The translations under genes and the position numbers were made by a program. The notes beneath the pieces were generated by a model that did not search any database, was not told where the DNA came from, and was given only the letters and a program-made list of their open reading frames with translations. From Bacteroidales bacterium (lineage in GTDB: Bacteria; Bacteroidota; Bacteroidia; Bacteroidales; Muribaculaceae), in assembly GCA_014800525.1 (NCBI GenBank), contig JAAVFV010000018.1:17291-81290 (forward strand): DNA of 64,000 nucleotides, in the 5' to 3' direction. Shown here piece by piece: positions 1-9,193 of the stretch; position 1 is the stretch's first letter; every line of letters begins with the position of its first letter.

Positions 1-2
1 AG

Positions 3-92
3 TTTGCACGCGAATTGCGCCGCCGCGGAATGCGTCCTCCGAAAGCCGTAACGCCTCCGGCGCGTTTACGCCCCGGGCACCCCACCATCTGA
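3..92 (+). CDS. Possible 3' end of a CDS entering the window (FARELRRRGMRPPKAVTPPARLRPGHPTI*)
   Basis: Open frame from the window edge to TGA at 90-92; product not recognisable. Confidence 0.3.
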   Translation, partial: FARELRRRGMRPPKAVTPPARLRPGHPTI

Positions 93-162
93 GCCATACC
101 TAAGGAATACCGGACGGCACACAGTGATGCGACTTTCCAATCCCTTAAGACCCTAATTACCA

Positions 163-1722
163 ATGTCTGATTACAGTGTAAAATATCCCATAGGGGTTCA
201 GACCTTCTCCAAGTTAATTGAAGAAGACTATCTCTATATTGACAAAACGGCCTTGATCTATAGGCTTATATCAAAGGGGAATTATTATTTTCTCTCACGC
301 CCAAGACGATTTGGGAAGAGTCTTCTTCTGTCTACAATAGCTGCATATTTTGAGGGTCGGAAAGATTTATTCCGAGGTCTGGCTATAGAGAAATTGGAAC
401 AGAGCTGGATCTCCTATCCTGTGATAATGCTCTCTTTGGCCGGATACCGTCCCACAGACCGTAATCTTACGGCCATGCTCGACAATCGCTTTCATGAATT
501 TGAGAGTCGTTATGGTATTGTCCGGAACACGGAAGATCCCGCAGAACGTTTCAGAAATATAATCCGCGGGGCATACGAGGCAACGGGGAGTAAAGTGGTG
601 ATTCTGATTGATGAGTATGATGCCCCGATGGTGGCTCATCTCGATAATGATGCCAATAGAGAGGAGGTTCGGGATTTGCTGAAGTCCATATATTCCAATC
701 TAAAGGATATGGATATGTATATAAAATTCGCGATGCTGACAGGGGTTTCGCGTTTCAGCAGAATGACGATATTCAGCGGGCTGAATAATCTTAAGGATAT
801 CTCGTTGCTACCGGAATGGAGCGCCATATGCGGAATCACAGAGTCGGAATTGCGGAATAATTGCCGGGATGGCATCTCCAGATTGGCAGCAAGGCAACAT
901 ATAGATTACGAGGGGGCATTAGCTCTGCTGAAAGCTAATTATGATGGATACCATTTTACGGAGGAGTCACCGGATATCTATAATCCCTACAGTCTGCTTA
1001 ACGCCCTTAATGATTCCCGGATTGCTCCTTACTGGTTTCAGACGGCCACTCCCACATTTCTTGTCAAATATATCACGCGCCAGACCCAATCTTTACCCCG
1101 ACTGTTTAGAGAGGATGTGCCTGAAATGATGCTTGCAGATATCGAGGCTTATAAGACTACTCCCCTGGCCCTCCTTTTCCAGACCGGATACCTCACAATA
1201 AAAGACTATAATCCGCGGCGGAGAAGCTTCCTTTTGGGAATTCCGAACAAGGAAGTGGAGGAAAGCTTATTCATGGAGCTTCTCTCTTTTAATATGAATA
1301 TGGAGAAATATTCTCTTGATAAGCGTCTTTGGGATATCCGCGATGCATTTCAGTCGGGCAACCCTAATTTAGGACTGGATATCATCCGGTCGTTTTTCAA
1401 AGGTATTCCCGGCAATATCACTGCCAATCACACTGAGATATTCTTTGAGAATAATCTTTATCTTCTATTCCGACTGATCGGCATCGATGCTCGTACTGAG
1501 TGGTGGACTTCCGACGGCCGTATAGACCTGCTTCTCGAACTGCCGGATTTTGTATACGTTATGGAGTTGAAACTCGATAAGTCGCCCGAAGAAGCATTAG
1601 CACAGATAGATTCAAAAGAATATGCATTGCCATGGAAGGATGATGGCCGTAAGGTATTCAAGATCGGCATCAACTTCCTTTCCTCCTCCCGAAACATTGA
1701 TTCATGGATAATCCGTTCATAA
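163..1722 (+). CDS. AAA-ATPase-like protein with C-terminal PD-(D/E)XK nuclease domain (PDDEXK_9 type)
   Basis: YPIGVQTF start, Walker A SRPRRFGKS, Walker B ILIDEYD, C-terminal GRIDL...MELK...ALAQI..KEY. Confidence 0.9.
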   Translation: MSDYSVKYPIGVQTFSKLIEEDYLYIDKTALIYRLISKGNYYFLSRPRRFGKSLLLSTIAAYFEGRKDLFRGLAIEKLEQSWISYPVIMLSLAGYRPTDRNLTAMLDNRFHEFESRYGIVRNTEDPAERFRNIIRGAYEATGSKVVILIDEYDAPMVAHLDNDANREEVRDLLKSIYSNLKDMDMYIKFAMLTGVSRFSRMTIFSGLNNLKDISLLPEWSAICGITESELRNNCRDGISRLAARQHIDYEGALALLKANYDGYHFTEESPDIYNPYSLLNALNDSRIAPYWFQTATPTFLVKYITRQTQSLPRLFREDVPEMMLADIEAYKTTPLALLFQTGYLTIKDYNPRRRSFLLGIPNKEVEESLFMELLSFNMNMEKYSLDKRLWDIRDAFQSGNPNLGLDIIRSFFKGIPGNITANHTEIFFENNLYLLFRLIGIDARTEWWTSDGRIDLLLELPDFVYVMELKLDKSPEEALAQIDSKEYALPWKDDGRKVFKIGINFLSSSRNIDSWIIRS

Positions 1723-1755
1723 AGACGGGGCCTTAAGGCGTATAGCAATAAAAAT

Positions 1756-1803
1756 AGAGTTGCACTCTAAAAGTCAGGTCAAAACTTTTTAGAGTGCAAC
1801 TCT
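1756..1803. terminator. Bidirectional hairpin terminator between convergent genes
   Basis: AGAGTTGCACTCTAAAA ... TTTTAGAGTGCAACTCT inverted repeat flanked by A and T runs. Confidence 0.75.
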
Positions 1804-1851
1804 TTTTTGTCTAAGTCACTTCTCAGGCTGCTTTCACATATCCGTTAAAGG

Positions 1852-2955
1852 TTATAGCGTGATCTTGCTTGTTTTAGAGCCTTGACGTTTGATATAGATA
1901 CCTTTTGTAGGATTCATCACTTTCAGCCCGTCTAAGGTATAATATTCCGGAGTTTCAGCCGATGTGGTTTCCAGCATTGGAACATCCGACCATCCTGCAA
2001 AATTAACTGTGATCATGGAAAGGTTTTTAGCTGTCGGATCATCCATAAAATAACCGGTCTCATATACATCTTGTTTGGGGCTCAATGTATATTTCACCCA
2101 CATTGCCTTTTCATTGTAGCGACGGCACGCATAAGACACCGGACCTGTGGATTCAAACATTTTAAAACCAGTGAATGTAGGCTCGGAATACATATCATGT
2201 GGATCCTCGGCATTAATTATAAGCCATGAAGGAGAGGTGCGGTCCAGAACATATCCCTTCGGAACGTAAGATGCAGTTGAAGGGGTTTCTTCGGGAGCCG
2301 CCACATAATCCTTAAAATCTCTGTTACCGGCAAACGGATCCACCACTCTGTAAAGCTTCAAACGGGGATGATATTCCAATTGAGCTGTCCATCCTGCCTT
2401 ATCATAGTACGGATACTCCATAGTATCGTCCATACCGAGAAGAGTGGAATTAAGGGAAACCTCCCCCAGATCGGTCCATTCCCCGTCATCATAATAAGAA
2501 TCAAATTGACTGACTATTATCTTTATAACGGTACTGTTCTTCTTATTGCGTAGGCAGACTCCAACTGCGTAGCGTCCGGGTACAGACACATTGAAATCGG
2601 CCATTTCTCCATCAGCGAGTTTTTTAATCGTGATGCCGGGATAATTTTTATCAATAGCATTAGCCAGATCCAGACATTCAATCCGATCTTTCGACCATAG
2701 GGGAGTGGCGATAGGACCATTACATCTCTCCACACTGACTAAAGCATAGTCCACATCAGGATCGGTGAATTTAAATCCTAATTTGACATTTTCAGCTCCT
2801 GTATAAAGCCCCCCATTGAGTTTGAACCCTACAGTATCTGTATTCTCCCGGCGATTCAGAGAATGATATACTTGTACCAAATCCGGAAAATTAATTGAAT
2901 CCATTCCGGCATTTCCCGCAGCAACAAGTGGGAAAATTCCGAAAACCAGAATCAT
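1852..2955 (-). CDS. Secreted hypothetical protein with T9SS-like C-terminal sorting motif; true start probably ATG 3016, separated by a +1 frameshift
   Basis: C-terminus YYTLDGLKVMNPTKGIYIKRQGSKTSKITL; AT-rich relative to neighbours; see findings. Confidence 0.75.
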   Translation of the reverse strand: MILVFGIFPLVAAGNAGMDSINFPDLVQVYHSLNRRENTDTVGFKLNGGLYTGAENVKLGFKFTDPDVDYALVSVERCNGPIATPLWSKDRIECLDLANAIDKNYPGITIKKLADGEMADFNVSVPGRYAVGVCLRNKKNSTVIKIIVSQFDSYYDDGEWTDLGEVSLNSTLLGMDDTMEYPYYDKAGWTAQLEYHPRLKLYRVVDPFAGNRDFKDYVAAPEETPSTASYVPKGYVLDRTSPSWLIINAEDPHDMYSEPTFTGFKMFESTGPVSYACRRYNEKAMWVKYTLSPKQDVYETGYFMDDPTAKNLSMITVNFAGWSDVPMLETTSAETPEYYTLDGLKVMNPTKGIYIKRQGSKTSKITL

Positions 2956-3068
2956 TCCAGTTAAAATATTTCGGAATAATACACTTTTTTTTAGAAATAA
3001 AACAATTTTTTTTCATGCTTAAAATAATTAGTTAGCAATACACGATTGGCCGATCGGGGTTATATCTG

Positions 3069-3076
3069 CAAATATA
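3069..3076 (-). promoter_or_regulatory. Bacteroidetes sigmaA -7 element (TATATTTG)
   Basis: Matches TAnnTTTG, about 50 bp upstream of ATG 3016. Confidence 0.6.
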
Positions 3077-3347
3077 GATATTATTTTTCACTCCTCAAAA
3101 TAAAAATTAATATTATTTTATTCATCATATTAATTAGGTATCTTATATTTATAAGTCAAATGGTAGGTTATATAATAAAATAGACTATATACACAGTATA
3201 CACGTTTATCAAAACTTATTATATGGATTATTATCCTATAATCACAATTACTTATCAATTATCCCTGTTCCTTTTCTTATGAATTTATAATCTAAGTTTA
3301 TCTTCTTCGCAATTATACAAGGTGAGATAATCATATTAAGGAGACGC

Positions 3348-3409
3348 ACATAGGCACAGAAAGCGCCGATACAACCGTTGGGTTATATCGGCGCTTTCTA
3401 TGCCTATGT
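3348..3409. terminator. Long imperfect hairpin, likely terminator of the 3514..4452 gene
   Basis: ACATAGGCACAGAAAGCGCCGATACAACC / GGTTATATCGGCGCTTTCTATGCCTATGT. Confidence 0.6.
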
Positions 3410-3513
3410 TAAGGAGTTGCTAAGATTTAAACGATACTGGTTATGGAAGCGGTGGGGAAAAGTCTTGACCAGTAAGACTTGTTCATTAATTTTTAGCAAC
3501 CACTGAGAAAATT

Positions 3514-4452
3514 TTATTTAGTCATGGTGAAATGTCGGGATGCCAGACGGTACCCGTCGCAGAACACCTCCACGGTATAGTCTCCCGGGGTCAGTGTGGT
3601 ATTGACATCCCAATAGATTGCCACAGGCAATTCCTCATTGGCATACTCCACACTACGCTGCGCTGTGGCCTGAATCGTCTGTCCATCCATAGTGAAGCTT
3701 CCACCTCCACTCAATAACGAACCCTCAGGCGTAAGAATACGCATATAGAAGGTCTTCATTCCCGGGGCTGCTGTATTATTCGGGCTCACCGTGAACTGCA
3801 CTCCCAATGACTTCGCCTTTGTGATGTTCTTTTCCGTCTTTCCTTTCTTATTGTAGGCATGGAAAGAGACGCCGGTGATGTTAAGCTTCTTGGCCAGCTT
3901 CACAGTCTGGGTAAGCTCGGCATTGCTCGCCGTGGCCTGTGTCACCTGTGTGCTCAGTTGCTCATTACGCTGCTTCTCCTGCTGAATCTCCTGCTTCAAG
4001 CCAGCATTCTCCTCTCCGAGACGTTTGATTTCCTCCAGATAATGACGCACGATACCTTTCAGGGTCGCCACTTCACCCTCCAGCTGCTTGATCTTGGCAC
4101 GCGTGGCGGCAAGGTCTTTAGAGGTGCGTACATTCTTAGCTTTCTCTGCATTCAATTCCTGAATCAGCCCCTCCACTTTCATGCGGGCCTGATTATATTT
4201 CTGCACTAATGAATCATTCTTGAGATACATCTGCTGACCCTCATATTGATTGAATTCCGCACTCAGCTGATTGAATTCATTGGTCAGTACAAGACGATCG
4301 TTGGCCACAGCCAGCGAATCCGCGCGCGCCTGCGCATCGTTCACGGCCTGAACAGTCTGCTGGTCGCGCAGAATAAGCACCACCACCAGAGCCACCATAC
4401 AAAGCACCACTGCCGCAGCCCCGAAAAGAAGCATCTTCTGTTTCTTGTTCAT
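3514..4452 (-). CDS. Membrane-anchored coiled-coil protein with C-terminal beta-sandwich-like domain, function unknown
   Basis: N-terminal TM helix, long heptad-rich central region, beta-rich C-terminus. Confidence 0.8.
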   Translation of the reverse strand: MNKKQKMLLFGAAAVVLCMVALVVVLILRDQQTVQAVNDAQARADSLAVANDRLVLTNEFNQLSAEFNQYEGQQMYLKNDSLVQKYNQARMKVEGLIQELNAEKAKNVRTSKDLAATRAKIKQLEGEVATLKGIVRHYLEEIKRLGEENAGLKQEIQQEKQRNEQLSTQVTQATASNAELTQTVKLAKKLNITGVSFHAYNKKGKTEKNITKAKSLGVQFTVSPNNTAAPGMKTFYMRILTPEGSLLSGGGSFTMDGQTIQATAQRSVEYANEELPVAIYWDVNTTLTPGDYTVEVFCDGYRLASRHFTMTK

Positions 4453-4561
4453 TTTTTATTAAGTATATGAGATATGGGAGATCTATGAGATATGGGGAGA
4501 CTTAAAATTTACGAAAGTCCGGAGATCTGATGGCAGAGGCTCCGAAGACCGGATAAAAAAG

Positions 4562-4596
4562 AAAATCGGCTATTCCGCAAGCGGAATGCCGATTTT
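4562..4596 (-). terminator. Intrinsic terminator after the small lipoprotein gene
   Basis: AAAATCGGCTATTCCGC AA GCGGAATGCCGATTTT with adjacent A run. Confidence 0.7.
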
Positions 4597-4631
4597 TAAT
4601 CTGTGACTTTCGTCTTGCTGTGGATTCGCAA

Positions 4632-4841
4632 TTATTTTGCAGAATCAGCAACGGGAGCAGCCTCTACAGTCTCAGCTACAGCAGCTACAGTCTCGTTAGA
4701 ATCAGCAGCTACCTCAGCTACCTCTGTTACCTCTACAGAGTCAGCAGCTACAGTGTCAGCAGTCTCAGCAGCCTTGTTACCGCCGCAAGATACCATTGCG
4801 ATGCTGAAAAGAACAGCAAGAGAATAAACCAATTTCTTCAT
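4632..4841 (-). CDS. Small Ala/Glu/Thr/Val-rich lipoprotein (69 aa)
   Basis: Start moved to ATG 4841: MKKLVYSLAVLFSIAMVSC lipobox; TACCTTTG promoter at 4897-4904 lies inside the longer ORF call. Confidence 0.85.
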   Translation of the reverse strand: MKKLVYSLAVLFSIAMVSCGGNKAAETADTVAADSVEVTEVAEVAADSNETVAAVAETVEAAPVADSAK

Positions 4842-4975
4842 CTCTTTAAAATTTAAAATAATAAAACAATATTCTTTTTTGCTATCAAAAACGTTGCAAA
4901 GGTAATACTTATTTTGATACCACAATAATTTTCTTCACTTTTTTTGCAACCTATACCCTAAGATTTAACAATTCA

Positions 4976-5022
4976 TAAGCCTCAAATGTTAAAATATCCT
5001 TGATTTTAACATTTGAGGCTTA
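4976..5022. terminator. 20-bp-arm hairpin downstream of the GH13 gene
   Basis: TAAGCCTCAAATGTTAAAAT / ATTTTAACATTTGAGGCTTA. Confidence 0.7.
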
Positions 5023-5067
5023 GATTTTTTATACGTCAGTGACAGAACTGCTTCACTGATCTCAGAA

Positions 5068-7839
5068 TCAGAATACAGCTACCTTAACAGCTTCCGAACC
5101 TGAACGGACCACATAAATACCGTTGGCCAGCGTCCGGGTCATAGATGTAGCCGGGGTGGAAGCCACTCTTGCTCCGGCAAGACTGTAGATCTCGATACCG
5201 GCCGGGGCTCCTGTGACAGTCACCACGTCTCCATCTACTGTAACCGTCATACGCTGCGCGTCGTCAAACTCAATGGATTCCATTCCGCTTACATTATTTG
5301 TAGCGATAACCACATATCCATTAGCCGGAACTGTCACCTTCTTGGTCGATGCATTGAATGTCGATTCCGGACCCTCCGACTGCGACAGGATGCGGTAGGC
5401 TCCCGAATCGTTGGAGCGGAACATCACGGTTGCCTCAACGGGAGCTGTGACACTACAGTTGATTATAGCGTAGAGTTCCTTATCAGAGGTAAGGCTTGTT
5501 ACGGTACGCGCTCCCCAGTTGGAGAAGTTGAGGCTATAGTTGGCTGTCTGGGCAAACATGTCGGGATTGTTCAGACGGATTCCGATAAGTTCGCGATACG
5601 ACTGCACGAGAGCTGCATTGGCCGGTTTATCCATCAAAGCCCAATCCACAATCTTGGGATCTGTGTTGTTGCCGCCGTTGGCATCCTTGGTGGTCTGTGC
5701 ATTTCCCATCTCGGAAAATTCCCAGATCATATGCGAACCGGGAACGAGCAGCATCTGCGCTGCAGCCCCGGCAAGACGGCGGCATGCCACATCGGCATCT
5801 GTCTTTACCGCGCCGTTACCATACATCTTCTGCTTATAGGCAAGACGTTCCTCATCATGACTCTCAAGATATGAAACCAACGATCCCGGGGTGCGATCGG
5901 CCTTCGGAGCCCACATGGAATTAAGGCTCGCTCCCGACCAGCCCATTGCAAATTCACATCCGGCATAGTTACAGTTCATCCAGTTAAGCTCGCCATCCTT
6001 GGCCATCTCGTTTTCTTCCTGGGCTCCGGCAAGGTTCTCATTGATAAAGTAAGCATCCGGATTCACTTCGCGCATTGCATCATGAATAGCCTTCATGTTG
6101 TCGACACGGCTCTGATTGAAGGCATTTGTTCCGGAATCGCCCGAGTTGGGATAGGAGTCGTTATTACCAAGGCCCTTCACAAGGTCGAAACGATAACCAT
6201 CCACCTTATATTCCTTCAGCCAATATTTCACCATGTCATACCATTGCTGACGCACCAGAGGATAGCCCTGATTCCAGTCGTTGAGCACGCTGTAGGCGTG
6301 AGGAGCAGTAGCATTATAGAACGGATTCTGACCTACGGAATAGAGCTGATACCAGGGATGGAGCCAATCCGACTGATTGAATACCACATCGAGAATCACT
6401 GCAATACCATTGGCATGACATTCGTCGATGAAGGCCTTATAATCTTCCGGAGTGCCATAGGCTTTATCGATTGCGAAATAGAAGTTGGGATTATAACCCC
6501 ATGAGATGTTGCCATTGAATTCCTGAATAGGGAGAAGCTCCACGGCATTCACACCGAGACCTTTAAGATAGGGAATCTTGCTCATGGCTCCGCGCACGGT
6601 GCCATTTCCATCGGCCTTCCCTTCTGTGCCGGTGAAATCTCGCAGCAGCAGCTCATAAATCACGAGATCATCTTTCGATGCTCCCTTGAAGTCGGTGACT
6701 TTCCATTTGTAGTCGCCGAGATTATCCTTATAGTAAGCCAGGGGAATCTCCTCGTTCACCTCCACGGGATATTCGGGCAGCCCGGGATAGACTGTCGGGG
6801 AAATCCATTTATCCTCGCTGTTCACCAGCACCAGGCGTGCATAGGGGTCTCCTACACTCTTGCCATCGATATTATAGTAGTAAATGATAGGCTGATCTTT
6901 AGGAAGATTGGGAATGGTGATTGTGAAGTAACGGAACGATCCCTCTCCGGCCGCAGGGCCGTCCACATACTTCATTGTCTGGGTCGAGGTCACCTTATAG
7001 TTGTTCCAGTTGCCCACGATGAGTGCGGTGGTCTTACCGGGAGCAGCGACACAGAATGTCATTGATCCGTCGGCATTACGTGTAGCCCCCATTGCAGGTA
7101 CAGCTCCTGAACCGGGCTGTGAGGCTGCCGGATTGCAGAAGCTCAGGCTTTGTGTCTGGGTGGCACCTCCGGCCACGGCAGTGGCTGTCACTTCATAATC
7201 TCCGGTGGCCGTGAAGGTGTAATCTCCTTTCAGGGATGTAACGCCTTTCGACTGCGCTATGCTCTTGCCATTGACAGCGATTGTTATATCCGCCGGGATT
7301 GTGGTGCCGGCCGTAAAGGTAACGGCTCCGGTTGAGGCATTCACAAACTGCGATTCCGAGGAAGAAGTCAGCGCCAGCTGAAAGCCTGTGTCCAGGACAT
7401 CGACGAAGATATCCTTACCCCCATCTCCCTTACCCTCCTTTGAATTGTTGGAGTTGCGGAACACGAATGCAAGTTTCTTCACTGTCTCATTGGCCGCCAC
7501 TCCATAATAAGTGCGGATATCGCCGATATTGAGTTTCCAGAGATCGGGGCTCACATACTCGAGCTTGTACTTAGGGAGATTGGCTCCCCAGGTGGGGGCA
7601 TACTTCCAATCGGTGGCATTGCCGGAGGCATCCTCCACGCATACTCCCGTATGAGCATAGATCTGAGCCGAAGCCGCCTGACCCATAAGGCCTTTATTGC
7701 CACGGTCGGCATGAAAATAAATCACTACATCTTTGGAGTCTTCCTGAAGAGGAGACGGCTCCGTAGTGACCACCTGGGCACGGAGTCCGAAACATCCCGC
7801 CACAAAGAGAGCCACTAACGCAAGGTAAGTTTTTAACAT
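5068..7839 (-). CDS. Secreted GH13 alpha-amylase-family glycoside hydrolase with N-terminal accessory domains and T9SS-like C-terminus
   Basis: Signal peptide; WGYNP, DVVFNQ, DGYRFDLVKG (nucleophile), FINE (acid/base), SHDEE motifs; C-terminus GIYVVRSGSEAVKVAVF. Confidence 0.9.
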   Translation of the reverse strand: MLKTYLALVALFVAGCFGLRAQVVTTEPSPLQEDSKDVVIYFHADRGNKGLMGQAASAQIYAHTGVCVEDASGNATDWKYAPTWGANLPKYKLEYVSPDLWKLNIGDIRTYYGVAANETVKKLAFVFRNSNNSKEGKGDGGKDIFVDVLDTGFQLALTSSSESQFVNASTGAVTFTAGTTIPADITIAVNGKSIAQSKGVTSLKGDYTFTATGDYEVTATAVAGGATQTQSLSFCNPAASQPGSGAVPAMGATRNADGSMTFCVAAPGKTTALIVGNWNNYKVTSTQTMKYVDGPAAGEGSFRYFTITIPNLPKDQPIIYYYNIDGKSVGDPYARLVLVNSEDKWISPTVYPGLPEYPVEVNEEIPLAYYKDNLGDYKWKVTDFKGASKDDLVIYELLLRDFTGTEGKADGNGTVRGAMSKIPYLKGLGVNAVELLPIQEFNGNISWGYNPNFYFAIDKAYGTPEDYKAFIDECHANGIAVILDVVFNQSDWLHPWYQLYSVGQNPFYNATAPHAYSVLNDWNQGYPLVRQQWYDMVKYWLKEYKVDGYRFDLVKGLGNNDSYPNSGDSGTNAFNQSRVDNMKAIHDAMREVNPDAYFINENLAGAQEENEMAKDGELNWMNCNYAGCEFAMGWSGASLNSMWAPKADRTPGSLVSYLESHDEERLAYKQKMYGNGAVKTDADVACRRLAGAAAQMLLVPGSHMIWEFSEMGNAQTTKDANGGNNTDPKIVDWALMDKPANAALVQSYRELIGIRLNNPDMFAQTANYSLNFSNWGARTVTSLTSDKELYAIINCSVTAPVEATVMFRSNDSGAYRILSQSEGPESTFNASTKKVTVPANGYVVIATNNVSGMESIEFDDAQRMTVTVDGDVVTVTGAPAGIEIYSLAGARVASTPATSMTRTLANGIYVVRSGSEAVKVAVF

Positions 7840-7901
7840 GATATATTGGTTTTAAGTGTTGATTGTCCATATTCTGAACAGACGGATATGTCTTAACATT
7901 T

Positions 7902-8351
7902 CTATTCCGTCTCGTCCTCGGGGATATAGCTTATCTCGCGCATCTCGCGATATTCCTCCCAATCGCGGTCTTCCTCAGCCTCCACCACGATGGGCAACAC
8001 AGGCAGATTCTCCAATGCGCGGTTGAACACCTTATTGAAGATATTCATATTCGAGGTATAGAACACCCATTCGCGGCGCCCATCGCCTGTATAGATGCCG
8101 GTCATATAGGCAATATCATCCTTGCGGAATTCCTCTGCCATTGCGTCTGTGGCCTGTTCCATGAGTTCGGATGTGGCTTTATCAGGATAGCCTGATGGCT
8201 CGGCATCATAATCCCATATCACCGTGACACGATAGATATATTTTCCCTTGGAGATGATTTTATCAAGGTTGTCACGCCCGGTGACCATCACCGTAGCGCC
8301 CGACTCTGTCTGAGTGGGAGCCGTCCACCATCTTTCTTTTGCCATAAGCAA
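7902..8351 (-). CDS. DUF695-family protein (start may be ATG 8345)
   Basis: WWTAPT...VMVTGRD, TGIYTGDGRREWVFYT, D.DWEEY pattern. Confidence 0.7.
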   Translation of the reverse strand: MLMAKERWWTAPTQTESGATVMVTGRDNLDKIISKGKYIYRVTVIWDYDAEPSGYPDKATSELMEQATDAMAEEFRKDDIAYMTGIYTGDGRREWVFYTSNMNIFNKVFNRALENLPVLPIVVEAEEDRDWEEYREMREISYIPEDETE

Positions 8352-8470
8352 GCTCTCTGTCTATAGTTAAGCCTATTTTCAAATTAAGCCTATTTCAAGT
8401 TAAGCCTATTCCAGATAATGATACAAGCGCTCAGAAAAATTTCCCTAAGCGCTTGGTCAAAGGAAGAGGA

Positions 8471-9178
8471 TCAGCGTTCGTGATACAATGGGATCTCCAG
8501 CACCGGAGTGTCGAAATAGACTCCCGGACGGAAACAATGTACCTTAAAGAATTTAGTGATGTCAAGTTTACGGGAGACATTCACCGGTTCTTTAATTTCA
8601 AACGTTTTTCCCTTCTTATATGCGATTGCCTGAAACACGATCCGCTCCATGCGTGAGATGGTCTGCTGTGTAAAGGCAGCCAGGTCTATCAGTTCGTTAG
8701 GTGACACTTCTCCTTGATAGAGCGTCTCCCAGGCATTTACCTCATCATTACGCACGCTCAGGGTAAACGACAGAAAATAGTTGGAGTCGTTCACCAAAAC
8801 GGCCGAAATGCGGGTTTTTGACAGGTCTTTGATATCCCGGGGTTCGAATCCCAACACAATATTGAGTTTATTTCCCCGCTCTGTCTCCACTACCGGAAGG
8901 GGTTCCTCTTTCACCTGAGAGGTCTTTTCCGACGATTCCTGACGCGGATTCTGACGCGTGGACTTCTTGCCGGCATCGAATGCCTCCTGATCGAACATCT
9001 TGGAGACATTCTTATTCTTCGGCTCATGCCCTGCGGGAAGAACCACCACAATATCGCTCAGAAGCACCGGCGTCTCAAAACCGTCCTCCTCCACATAGGC
9101 CAGACGGCCCTCTATTCTTGTAATGCGTCCTCCTCCGGTGGTATTGAGGAAACGCACCATATCTCCAGTCTTTGCCAT
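8471..9178 (-). CDS. DUF2027-domain protein without C-terminal Smr domain
   Basis: GDMVRFLN..GGG, EEDGFETPV, LVNDSNY, KFFKVHCF motifs. Confidence 0.75.
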   Translation of the reverse strand: MAKTGDMVRFLNTTGGGRITRIEGRLAYVEEDGFETPVLLSDIVVVLPAGHEPKNKNVSKMFDQEAFDAGKKSTRQNPRQESSEKTSQVKEEPLPVVETERGNKLNIVLGFEPRDIKDLSKTRISAVLVNDSNYFLSFTLSVRNDEVNAWETLYQGEVSPNELIDLAAFTQQTISRMERIVFQAIAYKKGKTFEIKEPVNVSRKLDITKFFKVHCFRPGVYFDTPVLEIPLYHER

Positions 9179-9193
9179 ACTATGTTGTCTGTT

